Source of the DNA: Candidatus Poribacteria bacterium
GTDB taxonomy: Bacteria; Poribacteria; WGA-4E; WGA-3G
Direction of reading: 5' to 3'
Assembly (NCBI GenBank): GCA_965242965.1
Contig: OZ251518.1
Location: 3,456,001 to 3,520,000 of the forward strand
DNA: 64,000 bases
Below, piece after piece: positions 1 through 9,114 of this stretch. The position numbers and the translations under genes are program-made. How positions within the stretch are numbered: the stretch's first letter is position 1; each line of letters opens with the position of its first letter. Below the pieces are notes generated by a model. The model saw only the letters and a program-made list of their open reading frames with translations. It had not been told where the DNA came from and did no database searches.

Positions 1-1
1 G

Positions 2-1804
2 CAGCAGGACTCCGAAACGGAAGCACTCCGCGGCAGCTATACCAGTTTCCAGAGTGGCAAGAGCGAGACTCTCAACCGCGATATCTCTGTCCAATTTAAC
101 CGAAACCCTTATCCAAACCTCGGATTCGCCTATAACTATCAGGATTTTTGGAACGAGCGGCAAGGCACCCAAATCAGCCATCTCTACACCGGTGTCTTTC
201 AATATAACCTCGGGCAAAAACTGGGGATGAAGGTGCAATATCGGCACGAAGATATCCTCGCCAAACCGGAAACGGCGACGGAGACGAGTGGCACAACGGC
301 GGCCTACTACAGTTACGGCTACGGCAGAAATCGGGATGAGAAGACAGACAGCGGTTCGGTTACGCTTAACATCGCGCCGGCAAACGCCTTCAGTCTCAAT
401 CCGAGTTACGACATTCGCCGCACACTAGAGAGACGTGAAACAAGCACTTACCGCTCGCCCCTAGGACAAAATACGGGCACGCCCACGCCTGATGAGGAGG
501 ATGCAACGGAACAGGATTTCTCCATCGCCGAACGCGAACATCGGCTGTCCCTTACGCCGCGCCTCAACCGCGATGTGCTCGGATTGCGCCCGACGGTGAC
601 AAGCCGCCTCAGTTTTCGGGAAAACTGGTTTAGCGAAGACAAAAACGCATCTCTCAACGGCAATGTCAGTCTCGGCATGAACCTCCGCATCCAAAAGTGG
701 TTCGGCTGGCTCTTACCCGAAGAGACACCCCAAACCGAGCCTAGGAATGGACAGGGTGGACAACGCAGGAGAGGCACCGGCACTACATTTCCTGAACGCT
801 TGCGCGAGGAAGGCATTGACGAAACGCAAATCCAAGAATTAGAAGAAAACCGCGGTGATTGGATCGAACGCGATAAACCCGATAGCAGAGACATCAGCGA
901 TAAACCCAATAGCAGAGAACTCCCGGACTCAAACGGCGAGGGAGCACTTCCACAAGCGGCGCGCAGACAAGAAACCCTTTTTCATCGCGTCCTCAAAACC
1001 TTCACCGTCAGCACCAATGCCAACTTCACTGCGACAGAATCCTATCGGCAGCTGGCATCCGGGATATCTGCAATTGAAATGTGGCAACTCCCTGACGATG
1101 CACAAGAACGCACTCACTCCCGGCGGAGCAATCGCTATACCGTGCGGAGTGCCGTAGATCCGTGGACATGGGCATCCCTCGGTGGCAACTACAGCACATC
1201 CGATAGTTTCCGCAAAAGTGCCGGCAGCACCTACACCTCGCATGCCGAAACTTATGAGGCAGACCTGAAGTTGAAAGCGCAAGAGAAAACCAGTTTCCAA
1301 CTCCGCTACAGTTTCACGATGCGGAATACTGCCAATCTTGCTGTCACGCTCAGCGATAGTGCCGCCCATACGCCATCGCTCAGTTGGCACCACACTTGGG
1401 GTGCAGAAACGCGCACTGCCCTAGGCATCCGCACCACCCTCCGCGACCAGGAGCGCAGCGGCATCGTGAGCAGCGCGTTCATCGTCACACCTAATATCAG
1501 TGTCGATTACCGCTACCGAACCGAAAACGGCATCCGTATCCCCTTCTTCGGCAGAATTCCATTGAAGCACGATTTGGAACTCACAAACACCTTCTCTTGG
1601 GCAATTCGCCGTGAAGAATTTGGCGCGAACCGAGAAGAACGCTCAGAACGCTATGAAACAACACTCCGTGTCGGTTACAAAATCAGCACGCACTTTACCG
1701 CCAACCTGCACCTCGGTGTCAGCTATAACAACGATAGAGTAGAAGAGGGCCGCGACTTCCTCTCCATTGCCAGCGCGCTCACCGTCCGCGGCGAGTTGCA
1801 GTAA
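2..1804 (+). CDS. C-terminal part of a large outer-membrane beta-barrel-like protein (5' truncated; possibly SprA-like)
   Basis: Frame open from window edge. Many alternating hydrophobic/polar strands rich in S/T/Y/R, a charged loop, and a C-terminal strand ALTVRGELQ. Confidence 0.5.
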   Translation, partial: QQDSETEALRGSYTSFQSGKSETLNRDISVQFNRNPYPNLGFAYNYQDFWNERQGTQISHLYTGVFQYNLGQKLGMKVQYRHEDILAKPETATETSGTTAAYYSYGYGRNRDEKTDSGSVTLNIAPANAFSLNPSYDIRRTLERRETSTYRSPLGQNTGTPTPDEEDATEQDFSIAEREHRLSLTPRLNRDVLGLRPTVTSRLSFRENWFSEDKNASLNGNVSLGMNLRIQKWFGWLLPEETPQTEPRNGQGGQRRRGTGTTFPERLREEGIDETQIQELEENRGDWIERDKPDSRDISDKPNSRELPDSNGEGALPQAARRQETLFHRVLKTFTVSTNANFTATESYRQLASGISAIEMWQLPDDAQERTHSRRSNRYTVRSAVDPWTWASLGGNYSTSDSFRKSAGSTYTSHAETYEADLKLKAQEKTSFQLRYSFTMRNTANLAVTLSDSAAHTPSLSWHHTWGAETRTALGIRTTLRDQERSGIVSSAFIVTPNISVDYRYRTENGIRIPFFGRIPLKHDLELTNTFSWAIRREEFGANREERSERYETTLRVGYKISTHFTANLHLGVSYNNDRVEEGRDFLSIASALTVRGELQ

Positions 1805-1807
1805 GTT

Positions 1808-2402
1808 GAGGGTGTTTCATAAATCCCCGTAGGAGAGACCTCCTGGTCTCGATGCAATAGGACGGCGCGCCTCCCGGGGCCGCGGCGGCAGAACCCCCCC
1901 TTCATCGTAGGGCGAGGGCCCTCGCATGCCACCCGCGCATGCGAGAGGGTTTCCCTCGCCATCGTCCGCGCAATCCAACGATCGCGGGGGACAGGCCCCC
2001 GCGCTACGAAAAAAAACGGTACTTCATCGTAGGGCGAGGGCCTGTCCCTCGCCATCGTCCCCGCGCCGAAAAAAACGTCTCTTGTTTTCTTCAGGTCCGT
2101 AGGACCTTAATGTCTATAGCACGCGCGCCCGCGAAGAACACTAAGGTCCTTTAGGTCCTTAATAGTTTTTGACATGCATCGCGTGTTTTTATTAAGGACC
2201 TAAAGGACCTTGAAGACGTAACAACACGTGCTGCTATAGACATTAAGGACCTAAAGGACCTAAAACGCCACTCTTGACGATGGTGCTCGCGGGGGAAACC
2301 CGCTCGCATGCGCGTATGGCATCCGAGGGCCACCGCGCTACGGGAACATCGAGACCGGGAGGTCTCTCCTACCGGGAAGGCATTGATATACGAAACACCC
2401 TC
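1808..2402. mobile_element. MITE-like element (family E) with REP and family-B cargo
   Basis: Left end GAGGGTGTTTCATA, inverted right end TACGAAACACCCTC. Only GTT is duplicated in the flanks. Interior is GTAG-REP hairpins plus an AAGGACCTA fold-back. Confidence 0.7.
2092..2262. repeat. Family B nested palindrome
   Basis: Outer and inner inverted repeats built from AGGTCCTTT/AAAGGACCT units and AATGTCTATAG. Near-identical copies at 30029, 33920, 34425. Confidence 0.85.
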
Positions 2403-2456
2403 GTTAAAATTAAACCGTTTTAACGTATTTGACAAAAAAAACGATTAATGATAAAT
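2402..2456 (+). promoter_or_regulatory. Putative sigma70 promoter and operator-like palindrome upstream of GH2
   Basis: CGTTAAAA-N8-TTTTAACG palindrome at 2402-2425, TTGACA at 2429, then an AT-rich -10-like region. Confidence 0.45.
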
Positions 2457-2535
2457 TAACTACAAAATTGTTGAAAAGAACGAATCATCACTAAATTAAC
2501 GCAAGAACCACAATCTCTACAGGAGACATCAACCC

Positions 2536-5238
2536 ATGACAGACATCCCGCGTCCCGAATACCCGCGCCCCGATTTTCAGCGCGGCACCGCTGAAGGCAT
2601 CGATTGGATAAACCTCAACGGCACCTGGCACTTCGCCTTCGACCCGGGCGACACCGGCGAACGCGCACACTGGTTCGCACCCGAAACGTTCCCCGATACG
2701 CCGCTCCAGATACAAGTCCCCTACCCCTGGGAAAGCCTCGCCGCCTGGGGACAAGCCGAAACCGCCGATAGCGCAACCTATCTCAGCACCAACGCCTATC
2801 TCCACCCCGAAGAAGTCACCTGCGGTGGACTCCAACGCGACGGCAATTACCGCGACGCACCGCGACATACCCTCGGCTGGTACCGAAAAACCGTCTCCGT
2901 GCCAGAGACATGGAAAACCCAACGCGTCATCCTCCACTTCGGCGCAGTCGACTGGCACGCCAAAGTCTGGGTAAACGGACACTACCTCGGCGAACACCAA
3001 AACGGATACCTCCCGTTTGAATTCGACATCACCGATGCCCTTACCCCCGGCGAATCCACTAATACAGCGGACATCATCGTGCGCGCCTACGATGCCCAAG
3101 ACCACGGCGAACAAACCGTCGGCAAACAAGCCAACTGGTATACCCGCACCAGCGGGATATGGCAGACAGTCTATCTTGAACCCAGGAACCCCACCTATCT
3201 CCAGCAGTGCCATATCACCCCCGATATCGATAACGGCACCGCTACCTTTGCCGTGAACATCGCCGGCGCAACCGCGCACCACACCCTGCGCTGGCATTGC
3301 CCTGACGCTTTGATGCACGGAGAACTCGCCGCCGCCCCGACAACCCAGTTCACCGTTCACATCCCGCCAGAACGCCTCCGGCTCTGGGATGTTGACACGC
3401 CGAACCTTTACGACGTAACCCTGGAACTCGTCTCCGATGAGACAGTGCTTGACAGAGTCAGGACCTATTTCGGCATGCGCAAAGTCTCCATCGAGAAAGC
3501 ACCCCCAACAGGCAAAGATGTCCAAAAAGACGCGCCCTACCAATACATTTACCTCAACAACCGGCCCGTCTACCTCCTCGGCGCGCTCAATCAATCCTTC
3601 ACCCCAGAAGGAGTCTATACCTTCCTGACAGACGAAGCGATACAGACAGATATCGCCCGCGCCAAAGAATTCGGGTTCAACTTCCTCCGCCTCCACATCA
3701 AGATCGATGAACCGCGCCTCTATTACTGGGCAGATAAACTCGGCATGCTCTTCATGTGCGATATCCCAAACTTCAGCACCTATACCCCGACAGCACAAGC
3801 AAATTTGGAGGAGACGCTGCGAGGCACCCTCGCCCGCGATTACAACCATCCCTCCATCATCTCCTGGTGCGTGTTCAACGAAACGTGGGGACTCGGCGGA
3901 CGCGACTTCGCCCAACTCACCGAACGGCAAGAATGGGTGCGCCAGATGTATCACCTCACCAAATCCCTAGATACCACGCGCCTCGTTGAAGATAACTCCC
4001 CGTGCCTCTATGATCACGTCGAGACAGACATCAACTCCTGGCACTTCTATATTAACGACTACGCGCGCGCGAAAGAGCACATCGCCAACGTCGTCGAACA
4101 GACATATCCCGGTTCCTCCTTCAACTATGCCGGTGACAATGTGCAAGCCGACGCGCCGCTGATTAACAGCGAATACGGCGGTATCTCCGCAGGCGCAGGC
4201 GATAAAGATGTCTCTTGGTGCTTCAAATACCTCACCAACGAGCTCCGCCTTCACCCCAAAATCTGCGGCTACATCTACACCGAACTGCAGGACATCGAAT
4301 GGGAACACAACGGCTTCATGAACTACGACAGGAGTGTCAAGGCATTCGGCTACGATGTCCGCGATATCAACGCGCTGGATTTCATCGCCATCGATTATCC
4401 GCCCGGCACCACCGTTGCCCCCGGCGACACCATCGCCATGGACATTTACGCCAGTCACTTCTCCCACAAAACCATCGAAGGGACGACGCTTAACTGGCGA
4501 CTCGACGCGCTAGATGCCACCGGGCACCTGTCCCGCGGCATCGTTTCCGGAACCCCTGTGCCTATACCCTTTCCACCCTATCAGGTAGAGAAAGTGCACC
4601 GGCTCAAATTAGAGATACCCGACATCCACCCCGCCGTCAGCACCCTGCACCTTTGGGTAGAAGACGCAACAGGTGCCGTCATTGCCCGGAACTACATCAA
4701 TTTTGAGATAGTGAAATCTAGTCCAAAAAGCGGCCCAGCCATAGGCAAAGACATAGGAAACCAGATAATCGCATGTGAATGGACATCCGAAGCCACCGTA
4801 ACCGAACAACTGTTTTCAGCCCAAGGCACAGGGTTCGTCGACATCGTCCTTCCCGCGCCAGATAGCGATGCCAAATCGCTCAAACTCATCTTTGAAGCAT
4901 CCGCCTTCAACGGCGGCGCACGCCAAACCGAACCCGAAAAATATCCCACAGATGTCACCGTTTCCATCAACGGCGTGGAGATTCAGACGATAACCCTGCC
5001 CGATTGTCCCGCGGACGCGCGCGGCGTGCTCTCTTATATCCACGGGGAACCCGGCACCTACGGCTATCTCACGCGCCTCACAATTGAAGGCAAGCAACTC
5101 GAACAAATTCGCGCCCAAAACACCGATACATTCACCATTCGATACGAAGTCAAATCCGATGCAGCACACAAAGGGGGATTCGCCCTTTACGGCAGCCGCC
5201 GTGGCCGATACCCAACCGCGCCGCATCTCCTTTTTTAA
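2536..5238 (+). CDS. Glycoside hydrolase family 2
   Basis: PRPEYPRP N-terminus, WINLNGTW, LHFGAVDW, NHPSIISWCVFNETWG acid/base motif, SEYGG nucleophile region. RBS AGGAG. Confidence 0.9.
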   Translation: MTDIPRPEYPRPDFQRGTAEGIDWINLNGTWHFAFDPGDTGERAHWFAPETFPDTPLQIQVPYPWESLAAWGQAETADSATYLSTNAYLHPEEVTCGGLQRDGNYRDAPRHTLGWYRKTVSVPETWKTQRVILHFGAVDWHAKVWVNGHYLGEHQNGYLPFEFDITDALTPGESTNTADIIVRAYDAQDHGEQTVGKQANWYTRTSGIWQTVYLEPRNPTYLQQCHITPDIDNGTATFAVNIAGATAHHTLRWHCPDALMHGELAAAPTTQFTVHIPPERLRLWDVDTPNLYDVTLELVSDETVLDRVRTYFGMRKVSIEKAPPTGKDVQKDAPYQYIYLNNRPVYLLGALNQSFTPEGVYTFLTDEAIQTDIARAKEFGFNFLRLHIKIDEPRLYYWADKLGMLFMCDIPNFSTYTPTAQANLEETLRGTLARDYNHPSIISWCVFNETWGLGGRDFAQLTERQEWVRQMYHLTKSLDTTRLVEDNSPCLYDHVETDINSWHFYINDYARAKEHIANVVEQTYPGSSFNYAGDNVQADAPLINSEYGGISAGAGDKDVSWCFKYLTNELRLHPKICGYIYTELQDIEWEHNGFMNYDRSVKAFGYDVRDINALDFIAIDYPPGTTVAPGDTIAMDIYASHFSHKTIEGTTLNWRLDALDATGHLSRGIVSGTPVPIPFPPYQVEKVHRLKLEIPDIHPAVSTLHLWVEDATGAVIARNYINFEIVKSSPKSGPAIGKDIGNQIIACEWTSEATVTEQLFSAQGTGFVDIVLPAPDSDAKSLKLIFEASAFNGGARQTEPEKYPTDVTVSINGVEIQTITLPDCPADARGVLSYIHGEPGTYGYLTRLTIEGKQLEQIRAQNTDTFTIRYEVKSDAAHKGGFALYGSRRGRYPTAPHLLF

Positions 5239-5240
5239 CG

Positions 5241-5360
5241 GTAGGAGAGCCCTCTTGGTAGGAGAGACCTCCTGGTCTCGACAATCCCCGGTAGGAGAGC
5301 CCTCCCGGTCTCGATGTTCGTCTCCATCACCGTAGCGCGGGGGCCTGTCCCCCGCGATCG
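5241..5360. repeat. Cluster of GTAG-REP hairpins
   Basis: GTAGGAGAGACCTCCTGGTCTCGA-type copies followed by GTAGCGCGGGGGCCTGTCCCCCGCG. Confidence 0.8.
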
Positions 5361-5433
5361 TCTCCGTCCAGGAAGAACCCAAACATGCAAGACTTGACAA
5401 CCTCAAGTCTGCCTAACAATAGGAACTACAAAA

Positions 5434-6510
5434 ATGTCTACAACACAATTTCTCTTTGCACGAACGCCAGACCTGGAACGGTCCTGGCCCTTTTTACACG
5501 AACAGGCAGTGAAACGCCTTGAAGCACTCGGCGTAACCACCGTGCTGAACACCACTTACCGCAGCGCGCCCATCCACGAACAAGTGCCGTTAGACGACAC
5601 CATCGGCATCGTGCACTTCGGCGGTTCACTGACAGAAGCCTGCATCGCCGCCGCACCTAACCTCAAAGTGCTCGGCACGATGACAGATAACACCGGCCAC
5701 GGCATCCCGTTTGCCGCACTGCAAGCCCGCCGCATTCCCGTGATTGAATCAACCCGAGCCTGGGCGCAATCCGTAGCCGAATGCGCCTTCGGACTCGCGC
5801 TCTCCTCGCTGCGCCGGACAGCGCAATGGCACAAACGCCTCGCCCAGGGAGAACAGCTCTGGGACTGGGAGAACCCAATATGGGGCCCGCAGAAATTGCC
5901 CGTCGCACACCAATTCTGCGATGACCCGGGTTTTGTCAACGGTGACCTCGGCACAAAACGCATCGGCGTTATCGCCCTCGGCCAGATCGGCCGGAAAATC
6001 GCACAATGGTGCAGAGTCTTCGGCGCGGACGTGATGGGCTATGATCCGTTCGTCTCCGATGCCCTGCTCCAAGAATGGGATATCCGGCGTGCTGACATGG
6101 ACGAACTCGTCGACAACGCCGAGATCATCTTCGTCGCCGTGCCGCCGACACCCTCCGCACGCCACCTGCTGAACCGCGAACGCATCTATCGGCTGCAGAA
6201 AGGCGCGCTCGTCGTCGTCATCACCCGCGCACACGCCGTCGACATGGATGCCCTACGCGAACGCATCGTCGCAGACGAACTGTCCGGCGCATTCGATGTC
6301 TACGACAAAGAGCCCCTGCCACTTGATGATGCCTTACGAAACCGCGATAACGTCGTGCATACGCCGCACATCGCCGGCAGGACAATCGATTCCAACCTGC
6401 GCGTCGCCGATATGATTGTCGATGACTTTGAGCGCGTCCTCAACGGCGAACCGCCATTAGGTGAATTGACACCCCGGTTAGCCGAAGTGAGGACATCCAC
6501 GAACCCATAA
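5434..6510 (+). CDS. D-isomer-specific 2-hydroxyacid dehydrogenase
   Basis: IGVIALGQIG NAD-binding motif, YDP, DVYDKEPL, TPHIAG. Confidence 0.9.
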   Translation: MSTTQFLFARTPDLERSWPFLHEQAVKRLEALGVTTVLNTTYRSAPIHEQVPLDDTIGIVHFGGSLTEACIAAAPNLKVLGTMTDNTGHGIPFAALQARRIPVIESTRAWAQSVAECAFGLALSSLRRTAQWHKRLAQGEQLWDWENPIWGPQKLPVAHQFCDDPGFVNGDLGTKRIGVIALGQIGRKIAQWCRVFGADVMGYDPFVSDALLQEWDIRRADMDELVDNAEIIFVAVPPTPSARHLLNRERIYRLQKGALVVVITRAHAVDMDALRERIVADELSGAFDVYDKEPLPLDDALRNRDNVVHTPHIAGRTIDSNLRVADMIVDDFERVLNGEPPLGELTPRLAEVRTSTNP

Positions 6511-6572
6511 TCATGAACGCGCAAGGTAGGAGAGACCTCCTCGTCTCAACTCCAATGCGCGGGGGATTAACT

Positions 6573-6828
6573 GAGGGTTTCATAAATTTATTCCTTGAGG
6601 GGAGGCGCATCGGGCCCACCACTGTAGTTCGGGAGCACCTGCTCCCGAACGGGTCAAGATCAGGCGATCTTGACCTACAGGCCTGGCGCACGAACGATGG
6701 CGAGGGACAGGCCCTCGCCCTACGTGAAGAGGCGGCGTTTTTTTCACCGTAGCGCGGGGCCCTCGGATGCCACATGCGCATCCGAGCGGGTTTCCCCCGC
6801 GACGTTGAGCGAGTTATGAAACACCCAC
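6573..6828. mobile_element. MITE-like element (family E) with 8-bp target-site duplication
   Basis: GAGGGTTTCATAA...TTATGAAACACCCAC, flanked by direct repeat GATTAACT at 6565-6572 and 6829-6836. Confidence 0.85.
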
Positions 6829-6873
6829 GATTAACTATCCTTAAGTCCTCGCGCGACAGGAATATCAAAACGC

Positions 6874-8223
6874 ATGCCAGAAAAACCCCCAGAAAAACCC
6901 ATTAACTCGTTCATCCGTCCAGAAATCGCGGCGATGGCACCTTATACGCCTATCGTCCCATTCAATGTCCTCAGCCGCCGACTCAACAGGCGGCCCGAAG
7001 ACATCATCAAACTCGATGCCAACGAGAATCCGTATGGCCCCTCGCCGCGCATTTACCGAGCACTCGCCGATGAAGCCTACTACCATATCTACCCAGACCC
7101 CGAGAGCACCACGCTCCGGGAAGCACTCAGTCAATATACAGGGATAGACGCGGACCACATCGTCGCCGGACACGGTGCCGATGAACTCATCGATTTGGTG
7201 ATACGGCTGTTCATCACACCCGGAGATGCAGTGCTGAACTGTCCGCCGACATTCGGGATGTATCCATTTGATACCGAACTGAACGGAGGGAGGGTTGTCA
7301 CCGTGCCGCGCCGGGAAGATTTTTCGGTGGACGTGGCGCGTCTTATAAGCACCGTCAGGCACTCTCAAAACGGGGAGGGTGCCTCTACAAAAATGCCAAA
7401 GCTGCTTTTCTTGACGAGCCCAAATAATCCGGACGGTGGGCTATTAGGAGATGACGCGCTGCGCGAACTCCTCGCATTGCCCCTCATCGTCGTCCTAGAC
7501 GAGGCATACATCGAGTTTGCAGGACAGGAAACTCCCCCGACACCCGTAGCGCGGGGGCCTGTCCCCCGCGAACCTTCACGCACAACATCAGGGACAGAAC
7601 ACGAAAACCCGCAGGAAACTCCCCCGACACCCGTAGCGCGGGGGCCTGTCCCCCGCGAACCTTCACGCGCACACTGGGTCCAAGAACACGAAAACCCGCA
7701 GCAGACTACCTCGACATCCGTAGCGCGGGGGCCTGTCCCTCGCGTTCCTTCACGCGCACACTGGGTCCAAGAATACGAGAACCTCATCGTGCTCCGGACA
7801 TTCAGCAAATGGGCAGGCTTGGCCGGCTTACGCGTCGGCTACGGAATTTTCCCGCAGTGGATTCGCACCCAACTCCTCAAAATCAAGCAGCCTTACAACG
7901 TGAACGTCGCCGGCACCGCCGCCGCCATCGCATCGCTTGAAGACACCGAATACCTGATGCAGAATGTGCAGAAAATTGTCCACGAACGCGAACAACTCCG
8001 CACCGCATTAGAACAGATTGACTTTTTGGAGCCGTATCCCAGTCACGCGAACTTTCTCCTCTGCCGCGTTAGCGGCCGCCCAGCCGCCGAACTCAAGGCA
8101 GAGTTAGCGCAGCAAGGCATTCTCATCCGTTACTTCAACACGCCGGGACTACAAGAACATATCCGCATCAGCGTCGGGAAACCATCAGAAACAGAAGCAC
8201 TGCTGAAAGCACTTGCGGGATAG
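6874..8223 (+). CDS. hisC: Histidinol-phosphate aminotransferase with an in-frame repeat insertion
   Basis: IKLDANENPY, SPNNPDG, LDEAY, LRTFSKWAGLAGLRVGY, IRISVG. Confidence 0.92.
   Translation: MPEKPPEKPINSFIRPEIAAMAPYTPIVPFNVLSRRLNRRPEDIIKLDANENPYGPSPRIYRALADEAYYHIYPDPESTTLREALSQYTGIDADHIVAGHGADELIDLVIRLFITPGDAVLNCPPTFGMYPFDTELNGGRVVTVPRREDFSVDVARLISTVRHSQNGEGASTKMPKLLFLTSPNNPDGGLLGDDALRELLALPLIVVLDEAYIEFAGQETPPTPVARGPVPREPSRTTSGTEHENPQETPPTPVARGPVPREPSRAHWVQEHENPQQTTSTSVARGPVPRVPSRAHWVQEYENLIVLRTFSKWAGLAGLRVGYGIFPQWIRTQLLKIKQPYNVNVAGTAAAIASLEDTEYLMQNVQKIVHEREQLRTALEQIDFLEPYPSHANFLLCRVSGRPAAELKAELAQQGILIRYFNTPGLQEHIRISVGKPSETEALLKALAG
7525..7779 (+). repeat. Three tandem ~87-bp REP-containing units inside hisC
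   Basis: CCGTAGCGCGGGGGCCTGTCCC(C/T)CGCG occurs three times and encodes VARGPVPR three times. Confidence 0.9.
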
Positions 8224-8240
8224 GCACGTTTGGCTAATGT

Positions 8241-8380
8241 GAGGGTGTTTCACATCTCAATTCAACCTGTAGGAGAGACCTCCTGGTCTCGATGTGCCCG
8301 TAGCGCGGGGGCCTGTCCCCCGCGAGCGCCATCGTCAAGAGGATGTTTTAGGTCCTTTAGCACCTACATGTCTATAGAAA
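8241..8380. repeat. Family E left end with REPs and a partial family-B unit
   Basis: GAGGGTGTTTCA at 8241, two GTAG hairpins, AGGTCCTTTAG...ATGTCTATAG. Confidence 0.65.
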
Positions 8381-8437
8381 AACGTGCCGGTCCCTTTTCA
8401 GGATAAATCGGTTCATTGAGTATCAAGACCGCCTGTG

Positions 8438-8983
8438 CTACGGGTCTAGATGCCGACGGGCTTCCGGAAACTGCTCGTAATACCCTTTTAAGAACTCTTC
8501 AAACTTTTTCTCTTCGGCTATGCTTCTTATGTAGTTGTCGCGCGTTTCTTTTGACAGGCGGAAGAAGATTTCGTTTTGTAAGTGGAGCCAGTCCTCATCG
8601 GAGAGTGCGTCTCCGTCAATTTCTTCTTCCAGGTTTCTGATGTGCTTGAAGGGTCTCGGCGCGTCCTCTGGCGGGATCACGCCGTCTTCATGCATCCACG
8701 CGGGTGGCCGTTCGCGTTTCTTCGCGACAGGCTGTTCCGGTCCGAGCGGCTCGGCCGCAACGTCCTCAACCTCAACAAGAGGTGTTGCAGGTCCGGTGTG
8801 TTCCGGGTGCGGCTCAGCACGCCACTCGTCACCATGCCAGTGCCCACCCGGCGCAGCCGTATCTGCCTCTATTTTCTCGATCTCCCGCTCCATCGCCTTT
8901 TGTTGCTGCACTTGTCGGTACCAGAGTGTGCCGCTGATAATGATTGCGATGAGTAGGATTCCGATTGTGATATTTTTTGACAT
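8438..8983 (-). CDS. Hypothetical membrane-anchored protein with GGHWHGDEW motif
   Basis: ATG at 8983 with AGGAG RBS and an N-terminal TM helix. The longer ORF-track start lies inside a REP. Confidence 0.7.
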   Translation of the reverse strand: MSKNITIGILLIAIIISGTLWYRQVQQQKAMEREIEKIEADTAAPGGHWHGDEWRAEPHPEHTGPATPLVEVEDVAAEPLGPEQPVAKKRERPPAWMHEDGVIPPEDAPRPFKHIRNLEEEIDGDALSDEDWLHLQNEIFFRLSKETRDNYIRSIAEEKKFEEFLKGYYEQFPEARRHLDP

Positions 8984-9114
8984 TGTTTTTCTCCTTTTCT
9001 TGTTTAGATATGAACTGCATGGCGAGGGACAGGCCCTCGCCCTACCTGAAGAGGCGGCGTTTTTTTCATCGTAGCGCGGGGCCCCAAGAGACCGGGCATG
9101 CCTCCGGTCCCACG

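Noticed and set aside
1723-2435. Short ORFs containing ARGPVPR / RDRPSPY / IKDLKDL (also at 29039-30356, 33599-34891, 38405-38891, 39743-40032)
   Set aside because: They are translations of palindromic repeats, open on both strands, with no RBS or domain signal.
2491-3954. Long antisense ORFs (also 12031-13194, 26917-27876, 31050-32264, 52838-53728)
   Set aside because: They are shadow frames of well-supported genes in GC-rich DNA.
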